Positions 35,701-45,900 of a stretch of 64,000 bases of DNA are shown here, piece after piece (position 1 is the stretch's first letter; the number at the start of each line of letters is the position of its first letter). A program made the position numbers and the translations under genes. The notes beneath the pieces were generated by a model. That model searched no databases, had not been told where the DNA came from, and saw only the letters and a list, made by a program, of their open reading frames with translations. Source of the stretch: Nitrospirota bacterium (GTDB lineage Bacteria > Nitrospirota > Nitrospiria > JACQBZ01); the NCBI GenBank assembly GCA_016201865.1, contig JACQCA010000012.1:4447-68446 (forward strand), read 5' to 3'.

Positions 35701-36503
35701 CGAAAACCGATCGACCGATGCCTTTTCCCGGGCTCGCGGGCCATGCTGCGACTGGCCGATCGGGCATATGGTTCGCCCGGCAAGGTGTAGGCGCCGCCTT
35801 TGACGACCTTGTTTTTGCCGAACGCGTTCCGAACGAGTTTACTCCCCGGATAGGCCTGATACCAGTCGGCCGTCCATTCGGCCACATTACCGGCCATGTC
35901 GTATACCCCGTACGGACTGACACCTTTCGGAAAGCTGCCCACGGGAAGCGTGCCCGCCGCTTTATACTCTTGAACATTGGCCTTTTGCGGATCGAACATA
36001 TTTCCCCATGGCCAGATCCGACCGTCCGTGCCGCGCGCAGCCTTTTCCCACTCCGCCTCGGTGGGCAATCGCATCCCGGCCCATTTGCAGTAAGCATCCG
36101 CATCGTCCCATGACACATAAATCACCGGATGGTTTTCAAACTCCTTCGGAACGCCGCCCTCGCGGGCCCATGGATAAATCTCCGGGAACCGCGGATCGCC
36201 GGGCGGCTTTCTTCCGGTCGCTTCGATAAATTTTCGATACTGCTTTGCTGCGACCTCATACCGGTCGATCGAGTACGCTTTCAGATCCACCGCGTGCTGA
36301 GGCAGCTCGTCCACCCCCACCGTAAAACCCACGCGACCGTCTTTGGGCTCGCTTCCCATCAAAAACGTCCCGGCCGGAATCGGCACCATGTCGGCTGTAG
36401 GTTGCGAGCGGGCCTGCCCCCCGAAAAGCAATGAGCACGTTACCGCTTGAGTCATGAGCAGACTCCACTTGAATAATGTTCCTCCACGACTCACAACTCT
36501 CAA
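35679..36503 (-). CDS. FGE-sulfatase fold protein, secreted, non-catalytic paralog (about 274 aa)
   Basis: RLPTEAEWEKAARGTDGRIWPWGN, VKGGAY...YARSASRSMAREPGKRHRSIGFRCAAD, no Cys pair. The track start is TTG; an ATG (MTQAVTCSLLFGG) preceded by GGAG is an alternative start. Confidence 0.8.
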   Translation of the reverse strand: MRVVSRGGTLFKWSLLMTQAVTCSLLFGGQARSQPTADMVPIPAGTFLMGSEPKDGRVGFTVGVDELPQHAVDLKAYSIDRYEVAAKQYRKFIEATGRKPPGDPRFPEIYPWAREGGVPKEFENHPVIYVSWDDADAYCKWAGMRLPTEAEWEKAARGTDGRIWPWGNMFDPQKANVQEYKAAGTLPVGSFPKGVSPYGVYDMAGNVAEWTADWYQAYPGSKLVRNAFGKNKVVKGGAYTLPGEPYARSASRSMAREPGKRHRSIGFRCAADLK

Positions 36504-36528
36504 CTCTCAATTTCCAGATCTCAACTCT

Positions 36529-39500
36529 TTACCCGCTCGTTCCCGGGTTTCTTCCTCCCGCGCACCACCGGGCGTTCGGCGTGCCGGTGTTGCTCGACTG
36601 ATAAGCGCAGGAATCCATCACTTCGTTATGACAACGGAGGTAGCACCGGAAACTGGTGCCGTCATAGAACCACATCGGCTTCTGGGCCGTGGTCCCTTCC
36701 GCCTGAGGACCGAAATTAATCAGATGCGTTCCGACCACCCCGTCCGTCATGCCGTCCACGCTGTCGGGCGGCAGCATCCCGCCGCGACCGTCGCCGAAGA
36801 TGGTATTGAGCGCTTCGACATTCGAATGGACATTGTAGTGGCATTCATGGCACATCGCGCCGGTCCACCGGAGGTGATACATATGCAGATTGCCGTTCCA
36901 CCAGGAATCCACACCGCCTGAACTTGCCGCCGTATTCAGACCGAAGAAATGGGTCCAACTCCGATCCTTATCCAGGGATGGGGTACCCGATTGACTATCA
37001 ATCGGGTTTCCGGCCGAAGGGTCGAACCCGCGGCGATCGTGGCATTGGAAACAGAGAAGAAATTTCCTAAAGTGGGTCGGATTGATTCCTCCCCCGCCTC
37101 CGGCGATGGCATGGGAGGGTGTTCCTCCGGGAGCGCTATACCCATCGCCCTCCTTCCCCGCGCAACTGATCTGAGGATTGTTCTGTTCAAAACACCGGAT
37201 AGGACTTAGAATATCGGTATCGTAATTGGCACGCAGGATGCGCCGGTTAATCGAACCGTGCGGACCGATCGGCTTGCCCGGCCGATCCGTCACGTAATTA
37301 AAACCGATGACGGCATTTAAGTCCGGCCAGACATCCGTAGGTCTCAGATTGGATTCGGTCAGCGGCCCACGGATGCCAGAATTATCTTGCGCCGCCGTTG
37401 CAGCATCGAGATTGGCCTGGTAAATATTGGAGTAAACGTCATACGCATTGTTGTTGTGACAATCCGTGCATTGAATCGTCAGATTGCTCAACGCGGCCGA
37501 GGCCGCGGCCGGATTGCCGGGAGCAGGCACGACGTTGCCCGGCCCGTTGCCGCAGTTTAAGCTAAAGGCAACGGCCAGTTGGTTGCATAACTGAAAGGCG
37601 CCGTTGCGACCGGGTTTTACCACGGGATGGTAGGCCGGGTTTTTTATTTGCTGGGTATGTGAAAAGACCACTTGGCCATAGCGGGTCAGATCGATGCTCA
37701 ACATCGCAGGCGTTTCGACATCGGCCGTTTGGGGATTCAGTTCCCGCCATTTGTTGCTGAAGCCGCGGAACGAGAAGGCGGTGCCCGTGGCCCCATTGGT
37801 CGGATCGGTCCTGGGTGAAAACAGGGTCGTCTTGTAAGAGGCAAAACCATCCGGCACCGCAAGGCTGGTCACATCGTTGGGGTAGCGCAGGTTGGGCGTG
37901 CCTGTATCCGGACCGAAGACTTTTTCATAGCTGTTGCCGTGGCAACGGAAACAGACTTCGTAGACGTAGGGATCTCGATTGGCTGAGGTGCCGTCGACCG
38001 TGGTGTCCCTTCCACAGATCACATAGCCGGGCAGACACCGGCTTACCACCACGGGCCGCGTCCCCGTGATGTCGATGCCGACCCCCTTCGCCCCCTTCAA
38101 TCGTGCTCCTTGTCCGTTCGCGCCGGGACTTCCGATTCCGCCCGGAGGATTCGGGGCGCCATTGTAAGACAGCGCCGCCAAGTTGGGACTGTTCACTTGG
38201 TGGGGGTTGTGGCAGTCCACGCATTCCACATGGGTCGTATCAAGCGTCGTGATGCCGGGCGTCGTCTCGTTGTTCACCGGAACAAGCGCGGCTCCCTCGC
38301 TCCTGAGCTGGACTCCTTCTTGGGAGCGGGATATGATGACCGGCTCATGCCCGCCGGCCAACTGCAGACACATCGCGCTTCCCCCTCCCGATCCTCCCAA
38401 GCAGATCGCGCTGTCTTTGGCAAATTCGCTGTAGATATCGGGAGCGACGCGCGCCGAACCGGAACTGCCGCAGGCGCCGGACGTGTTGGTTCCGTCGCAG
38501 AACCGGTGATTCACATTTTGGACCGTGGGATCGCCGGCCGGAAGGAAGACGTTGGACACCGTTTGGTTGTTGGGCGAATGACAGAGGAAACAGGTGTTTT
38601 CCACGGCATCCCCGGCTCCAAAGGCCGTGACGCCTTCCCGGTGAAGCCTCTTCGCCCCCTGAGCGGTGTGGGGATCATGACAGTTTCGGCAGGCATACGC
38701 CGCAACTGTGTGGCCTCCGTCAAAATCATACGGGCTGCTCGCGCCGGGATAGGCCGCATGAACGGCCTGGCTGATATCATGCGTGCTGTTATCCCAGCCG
38801 GGTTTGCTGTGGCAATAGAGGCAGATGATTTGGCCGGCGGGAGCCACACGAGCAGGCTCGCCCACTAAATATCCCGTCTCGGTCGCGTCCTGGAACCGCG
38901 GCGCCCGAAGAAACTTGGGGTAGGTCACCGCATGGGGATTGTGGCAGGAGGTGCATTGGACTTTGTTGAAGTCGAGGGGGTCCGCGGGGTTGTTTCCCGG
39001 ATACCGTTTCACACCGGTCTGGTATCCCCCGGCCGGGGCCAAGGGGGTAATGGAGCTCAGAGCGGCGGGCGGTCCGGGATCCACCAGCTCCGCATCCACA
39101 TTGACCGCGAGGTTCGAATCAAACGAAAACGAGATCGGATGGTCGTTCTGAAGATTGGTGCCGAGCACGCGCGTGTCGCCGGTCAGCAGTCCCGCCCCAA
39201 CGGCCCCGGCTTGAGTAGACATGGCCCCGACTCCTAAGAAATCCGTCGTGGGCGTCTCTGTGCCGTATCCCCCCGATCCCGGTTTATTGATCACGCTGCC
39301 GATGGCGATCACCCCGTCGTGACACGAAAGACACAACCGGGAATAGCCGGTCGGCTTGCTCGGATCGTTCAGCGCTCCTTCGAATGAAAAGCTCCAGGCC
39401 TGATCATATAAGACATACGCCGTGGTATCCCGATAGGAAAGGTTCCGGTTCCAGATCGGCGCCTTAATCGCAGGAAGAGTGGAAGACGCTCCGACACTGC

Positions 39501-39843
39501 TCGCCCCGTGAGGGGTGTGACAGAAAACACAGACCTCGGACTGGCTCGCCGAGTGGGTCGTCCCGAACCCTGAAGAGGAAAGGTTATGTCGGCTGAGCCT
39601 GATATCCTCCTCGACAGCCACCGTCCCCGGCGGCAACGGCGGACATTCGGAACCGCCCGGACATGTGGCCCAGGCCTGCGAGTCGAGTATTGGGAGTTGA
39701 ACGTTGAAAGTTGAGAGCAAGGCGAAAATAAACCAAAAGAATACCACCTTGCCAGCGGCTGGGGACAGATTTGAAATCTGTCCCCTCCCGATTTTCAAAT
39801 CCGTCCCCTCCCGGTTCATCACTCTTCGATCCTTCCCTTTCAT
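36529..39843 (-). CDS. multiheme c-type cytochrome, 1104 aa, 11 CXXCH plus 1 CXXXCH heme-binding motifs, signal-anchored/secreted
   Basis: Motifs CVFCH, CLSCH, CTSCH, CLYCH, CRNCH, CFLCH, CVDCH, CFRCH, CTDCH, CFQCH, CHECH and CYLRCH. The N-terminal module (CVFCHTPHGAS...APIWNRNL...CLSCHDG...NDHPISF) matches the first module of the four smaller cytochromes at 57.9-63.6 kb. Strong RBS GGAGGAAGG before the ATG; hydrophobic segment VVFFWFIFALLSTF. Confidence 0.85.
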   Translation of the reverse strand: MKGKDRRVMNREGTDLKIGRGQISNLSPAAGKVVFFWFIFALLSTFNVQLPILDSQAWATCPGGSECPPLPPGTVAVEEDIRLSRHNLSSSGFGTTHSASQSEVCVFCHTPHGASSVGASSTLPAIKAPIWNRNLSYRDTTAYVLYDQAWSFSFEGALNDPSKPTGYSRLCLSCHDGVIAIGSVINKPGSGGYGTETPTTDFLGVGAMSTQAGAVGAGLLTGDTRVLGTNLQNDHPISFSFDSNLAVNVDAELVDPGPPAALSSITPLAPAGGYQTGVKRYPGNNPADPLDFNKVQCTSCHNPHAVTYPKFLRAPRFQDATETGYLVGEPARVAPAGQIICLYCHSKPGWDNSTHDISQAVHAAYPGASSPYDFDGGHTVAAYACRNCHDPHTAQGAKRLHREGVTAFGAGDAVENTCFLCHSPNNQTVSNVFLPAGDPTVQNVNHRFCDGTNTSGACGSSGSARVAPDIYSEFAKDSAICLGGSGGGSAMCLQLAGGHEPVIISRSQEGVQLRSEGAALVPVNNETTPGITTLDTTHVECVDCHNPHQVNSPNLAALSYNGAPNPPGGIGSPGANGQGARLKGAKGVGIDITGTRPVVVSRCLPGYVICGRDTTVDGTSANRDPYVYEVCFRCHGNSYEKVFGPDTGTPNLRYPNDVTSLAVPDGFASYKTTLFSPRTDPTNGATGTAFSFRGFSNKWRELNPQTADVETPAMLSIDLTRYGQVVFSHTQQIKNPAYHPVVKPGRNGAFQLCNQLAVAFSLNCGNGPGNVVPAPGNPAAASAALSNLTIQCTDCHNNNAYDVYSNIYQANLDAATAAQDNSGIRGPLTESNLRPTDVWPDLNAVIGFNYVTDRPGKPIGPHGSINRRILRANYDTDILSPIRCFEQNNPQISCAGKEGDGYSAPGGTPSHAIAGGGGGINPTHFRKFLLCFQCHDRRGFDPSAGNPIDSQSGTPSLDKDRSWTHFFGLNTAASSGGVDSWWNGNLHMYHLRWTGAMCHECHYNVHSNVEALNTIFGDGRGGMLPPDSVDGMTDGVVGTHLINFGPQAEGTTAQKPMWFYDGTSFRCYLRCHNEVMDSCAYQSSNTGTPNARWCAGGRNPGTSG

Positions 39844-39923
39844 CCTTCCTCCGCTTTTAACCCACGGGACAAACAGCCGCCATCCACTATATCACACTTA
39901 ATCCTTTCATATCGATGGTCTTC

Positions 39924-42900
39924 TCACGGACCCGGAATAATCAGCTCATATGTATTCGTATCGCCACTGCCGTTTCCGGCCTGGATGAAATAGCCTTTCC
40001 ACGGCTCTAAGATCGCCTGCGGGGCGCTGTACACATCCGGCAAGGCCGGTGCCAGATAAATATAGTTGGCGCCCTTCAATTCATAAATGGCGCCCGCGTT
40101 TTGGATCCAGTTATTGGGATAGGGATTAGTGTACGCAGCAGTGTAGGTAACACAGCTTGCGTCATTGTTAAATATTCGAACCTTACTGTTCGTTAAATCC
40201 TTCCGTGTGGTGAACGGATTGCCAATCATGTTCCAACCCTTACTCAAGTGAATGGCGAAACTGTTGGCCACACCACAATATGTCCCATAGTTCACATCGC
40301 CCGCCTGCAGCGCACGCGATCCCACCGGCACATCAATCACGGGATTGTACGGTCCGCCGATTAAGAAGTAGCCTTCGCCGGGCTGAATCAGTAACGTTGT
40401 CGTCGTAAGGGGACCGGTGGCCGTGGCATGGGCCCAAATCTCGCTTGAGGTCAGCGCCCGGTTCCAGATCGCGACTTCGTCAACGGTGCCGGCCAAGAAT
40501 TGACTTTGTGTTCCGACCGCATCCCAAGCCGCCCCGATCGTGAGATTTCTGATTGTCGTCAGATTCGCCCCGATCAGGCTTGGGTTGGTCTGATTTATTT
40601 CTAACGCACCGTCAACATACACGAGAAGTTGACCTGTTGTGCTGTTCCATGTCATGGCAATGTGATGCCACTGCCCATCATTGATTACTTTTGTGGAAAG
40701 AGCAGGGACACCGTAATTTGCTCCTGTATTGGTTGTCACACCCGAATAAATGGAAGCGCTGAGTCCATTGTCAACGACAACATTATTTAATGTTGAAGCG
40801 CCGGAGATTTGCCAGCCCGCGGTGGTGCCTGCGTTTCCTGTGCCCCGTTTTTGGACAAGCCGCCATTGAGTCCCCTGGGTCGTTTTGATCCAGCCTTCAA
40901 CCGTAAAGCTCTGGGCGTTAAAATTCAAGACATTGCCCATATCCACATATTGCGTCGCCCCGTTCAAGGAAAGGGCACTGGTGAATTTACCCGCACCGTA
41001 TGAAGGACCGCCAACTAATGTGCCGTTATTTGCATACCCGCTCGAATCCGGCGTCGGACTTCCACCATCCAAATGCCACACGCCCACGGCATCCGATGAC
41101 AGGCCGTAGCCGGTATAAGTGGCATTATAGTTTATAAAGGAGCCGTTATCGGCGTTGAAGCCGGTTGAATTCCACCGGAAGAGCTGCGGCGCCCCGCTAA
41201 TGTCATCCTCGAAGATGACCATCGGATTCGGGCTGGCCGGCTTGAGCGGCACTGAGATAAGGTTGAAGTTCGTCCGAAGCGCCGTGCGGCCGGCCTTGCT
41301 GCCGTCGGTCGTGTTGTCGCCGCAGGAGGTCGTCGTCCCGGCGCAGTATGCGACGTTGGACATCAGCGACTGTCCCGTCGGAAATCCTCGCTCATCCGCG
41401 GCCTTGAGCGCAAAGTAGTAAATCGTATTTGTTGCCAGACCGGTCACCGTAAACGTTTCGGGAGACCCGGCTAATTGGGGCGCGGGTTCACCTGTGGCCT
41501 GCACCACGCAATCTACCGGCTTGGTGGAATCGGCGCAGGCAAGGTTGCTCCAGTCCACCTGATTGGCGCCGGGAGTTCCATCCACAATCGGCAGCATGGA
41601 GTACCGCACGTCGTAACTGGCGGCCGAGCCCACACCGGGCGCATCGAAATCATCTGGCGGCGCGGTCCAAGTCAGCGTAATGGAATCTTTGCGCTGTTCT
41701 CCCTGCTTGATGGTAAGATCCGTAACCGCTGCAGGAGCCTTCGTATCCGAACTTCCGGAGGTGGGGTTCGGAGCCTGAGCCTGGTTCGAGTAGGCCGAAT
41801 TGATATCCTGCGAGCCGTCTGAAGCCGCCCACACAGGACGAACAAAAGCTCTCACTTGATAGCAATATTTCTTCCCGGGTGTAAGCCCCGTGTCGGGATA
41901 ATAGACAAGGCCGCCGGTCGACGCCGACTGAACGGTGTCGCTCAAGACTTCTTTGATCTGGGTGAAGCCCGTGGTCGTACCCGGACAGACCCCGGTCCCG
42001 GTTATATCCAACCGCTCCACTTTAAACCCGGTTTCCGGATCCGGCGGACTGTTGGCGGAGCCGGAGTTGTCCACCCAGGTCAGATTAAGCTGCGTCTGAC
42101 TTAACGTCGCATCGGGCGGATTCGTGACCGTCAGGTTCGGCGCCCTGATCTGGGAAGCGGTGGGCGCAATGGCCGCAACGGCCTTGACCGAGTCGGGATT
42201 CGCAGCCATCGCAGCGTTTACTACGAGACCGCTGGTGGCTGCGGCATGGGCCTGAATTTCAGTCAGGGTCAGCGCCCGGTTCCAGATCACAACTTCGTCA
42301 ATGGAGCCGAGGAATGGGGACATGAAACCCGTGACCCCGGACACCCCGATCTTCAGGCTCCCCGTGGTGGCCACGCGAGGTTCTCCAACAATGGCTTGCG
42401 TCGTGCCATTCCGTGCCTCATTCACATAGAAGGTCACATTCCCGCCGCTCACTACCGCGGCGACATACTGCCAGATGCCTGGCGTCAATGAAGCGCCGTT
42501 GGAGATCGTATCCTGTGATGTTGCGCTCTTTCGATGGCTGAAATTGAGCAGGCCCGCCGAGGTAATACTTAATCGATATTCCGCATCGAAATTACCGCTC
42601 GGTTGCGCCTTGGATAAAATCCACCGCGTCGCGGCAAAATTAGTCGGATTCACCCATGCTTCAAGCGTGAGATCGCCGGTCAGTTGCAGGGGGGCCGCGT
42701 TCGGCACCTCCACATAATCATCCACGCCGTCGAAGGAGAGCGCGTTGACGAATCCTGATTTACCGGTGGTCCATGTAGGCATGGTAGAGACTCTGGTAAA
42801 GCTCAATTCATCCACCCAGCCATTGCCTGCAGGAGTGCCATCCGCAAAGCATCGGACATTAACGCTTGTCGTCCCCACCGGAATGAGTACAGTCTCAGTT

Positions 42901-45900
42901 GCAAACGTCCAATCGGCGTTGACATCCAGCCGTATGCCAGAAGAATCGATCCCTGTGCCCTGCACATCGCATTGCAAAAACTTATTCGTGCTGGTCAGTG
43001 AATTTCTCAACCAACCGCGCAGCACATATTGAGCATTGGCCGTCACGGCGACTGCCTGTTGTCTACCGAATGCCGCAGAGGTGCCGTTAAAGACAAGTTT
43101 CATGCTCTGCAAGCCGCCGTGTTGCACGGTGGCGTCCACATTTGACGAAGTGCCGGTGCCGATGACAACAGTCCAACTCGTCGGAGCCCCGGAAGTGGGA
43201 GTTTCAAAGCTGGGGTTTAATAAGAGGTTGGTTGCCGAAAGATACCCCGTATTGTTGTTGGTCGTTCCATCAGAAGTTGTCACGCCACTGCCCTCATCAA
43301 AATGCCACAGGCTTGCAGCAACACCCGATGTACAGGCCGAGGTGGTCGGGACGATGTTCACAATGATCTGCTCAGTCACAGCCCCAGAGAGCGGTGGTGT
43401 CGCCTTCAAGGTATACATCGCCGAAGCCCCCGGCAATATACTTCCTGTCGGATAGGATCCGTTGGATGTCTCGGTTGTGCCGTCGGTTACAGAGACGGTC
43501 CAGTTCGTGGGAGTGATCCAACTTAACGTGAATGTCGTCGCCGTAATCTGCTCGTTCTGGACCGATAACGCATAAGAAGACGTCGCGCCGGGCGTCACGG
43601 TCAGCGTCTGCGAGCCTCCGAGCCCGCTCCCCGTAGCGTCGTACACATTATCGCCGTTGCCGCCGATGATTCCATCCGCGCGGCAGGGAGCCGTGAAATC
43701 AGCATCCGCCGGAGTGGTTGGCGGACTGCCGTCGCTGTTGCTTCCGAACGAGACCCAGCCGCTGATTCCATCCGAACGTGCCGTGTCATCCAGCGCCCGC
43801 GCGCGCCAGTGATAACTTCCGCCCAAGGTCAGCCCGTTGACCGCTATGGCTTTGACGCCCGGCGCACCGTAAGTTGTCGAAGAAGGATTATAATGCGTCG
43901 CCGTTCCCGTAAAGGACGCCCCGACCGGCTGGACCTCGATTTCCAATCGAATATTGTTGGTCGGAAGCGTGTTCGTATCCGATACGGCCGCCTCAAGGCA
44001 GATGCCGGATGTGCTGATGACCCCTCCTACGGCCACCCCGGCTTCATTGCCGTCGCACGACCCATCATAGAACCGTTGTAGGAGGGAGATAACCGGCGTC
44101 GCATTCACCACCATAAAGTCCGTGTTCCCCGATGTCCCGAACTCGGTCCAGCCGGTGAACCCTCCCGCGCTGTCCACCGCGCGGTACTTCCAATGATAAC
44201 TCGTCCCATAGGACAACGACCCCACTTCGACCTTTGCAACCGTCCCGGACTTGACCGCAAGGCTGCTTGCGGTGACGTTACCGATAAAGGTCGAGCTCAT
44301 CGGCACGACCTCCACCTGCAACTGGAGCTCCTGAGGCGGGAGGGTATTGACATCCACCAGCGTCGCATTCATGCAGATGGTTTGCTGTAAGATGGCGCCC
44401 GCCGCGGCGGCGCCCACCTGCTCAACCACCGTCGCTTCATTCGCATCACACGAACCGTCATACACCCGCTGCCGGACCGTCGCGGCATTAATCGTGGGCG
44501 TTGCATTCGTCACGGTGAAATCGGTATTGTTCACCGTCCCGAACTCGGTCCAGTCGCTGGCCCCGCCCGCGCTGTCCACCGCGCGGTACTTCCAATGATA
44601 ACTCGTCCCATAAGAAAGACTGCCCGTATCAAAAGCGCGGGTATAGTGGTCGGTGATTTGGTCCGGGTTCAGGGGAATGTTGAAGATGGCCACTTCGTCC
44701 ATGCGGCCGTCGAATGGCCAACCCGGCAAGTCCGGACGGTATCCGATATCAACCGTATCGACTGTATCCCCAACACCTCCCGTAAAGGTCCCGGTCGCAT
44801 CGAGGATTGCATTCAGATACAAATTGATATTGGTTCCGTCATACGTCATGGCCACATGATACCAGTTACCGGGAACCAGAGGAGTGCCTCCTGTGACCTC
44901 AGCGCTCAACCCAAATGCTACCCCGCCATCTCCTATATAACCAGCTAACAGTCCATCCGGTCGGACCGCGAGTACATAGTTTAACTCTTTGGCAACAATG
45001 GTCTGAGGATCTGGGGTTGGGGTCAAGGAATTGAGATTGACCCATGCTTCCACACTCATATTGGTCATCCCATCCAGGGTCGGACTATCCGGCACCACCA
45101 CGTGATCGAGCGTCGCGGCAGCGAAACTGCCCGCGGCCGCGCCCAGTCGGGATGCGATCGTAAAGGTTGCGCCATTGACGGCCGTTCCGTTGTTGACGGG
45201 GATATTGAGCGAGCTGTCCAACCAGTCATTATTCATATGCCACAAGGCCATAAGATTCGAGTTCAACACGCCGGGGCCCAAATCACCGGGGGCCAACCCC
45301 CTCCCCGGTGTCCCGGAAGGCCCTGAAACACGGGCTATCCCCCCGTCGATCACGAGCCCGCTCGTTGACGATGCCGTTCCGGTAAAGGTCTGGCTCACCG
45401 GCTTGACTTCCACCTCCAGCGTGATCGTCTGGGACGGCAGCGTGCTTGTGTCCCGCAGAGAAGCTTCAAAGCAGATATTCTGCTGAAAAATGCTGGTATT
45501 TTCGGGCACGACCGCGCCGCTTCCGTTGCAAGGAGAGGGAATGCTATTATACACCCGTTGGTTTGCCGTTCCGGCCTGAATCGTCGGCAGCGCATTCACC
45601 ACTTTGAAATCGGTGTTCCCCGACGTCCCGAATTCGGTCCAGACGCTGGCGGCATTCAACTGATCCACCGCGCGGTATCGCCAGTGATAGCTCGTCCCAT
45701 AGGACAGCGACCCCACCTCTATCGTTGCCACACCTCCGTCGCTGACCGGGCCGCTCGTCGCCACGGCCCCCCCAAAGGTCGAGGTAACCGGCTGCACCTC
45801 CACCTGCAGCGTGATCGTATCGCCCACATTGACATCCGACAGCGTCGCGTTCAAGCAGATGCTCAATTCCCCGATGGTGCCCGCCGGGGTGGCGCCCGCC

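Noticed and set aside
34003-36503. Annotating the three FGE-fold genes as sulfatase-modifying enzymes
   Set aside because: The catalytic Cys pair is absent in all three, and no sulfatase is in the window. The family assignment stands but the enzymatic function does not.
39761-39800. Perfect hairpin and direct repeat inside the 12-heme cytochrome N-terminal coding region as a riboswitch or terminator
   Set aside because: It sits within a plausible signal-peptide n-region downstream of a strong RBS and ATG, and no U-tract follows. It is most likely coding sequence that happens to be palindromic. Noted only as a minor possibility under the cytochrome finding.
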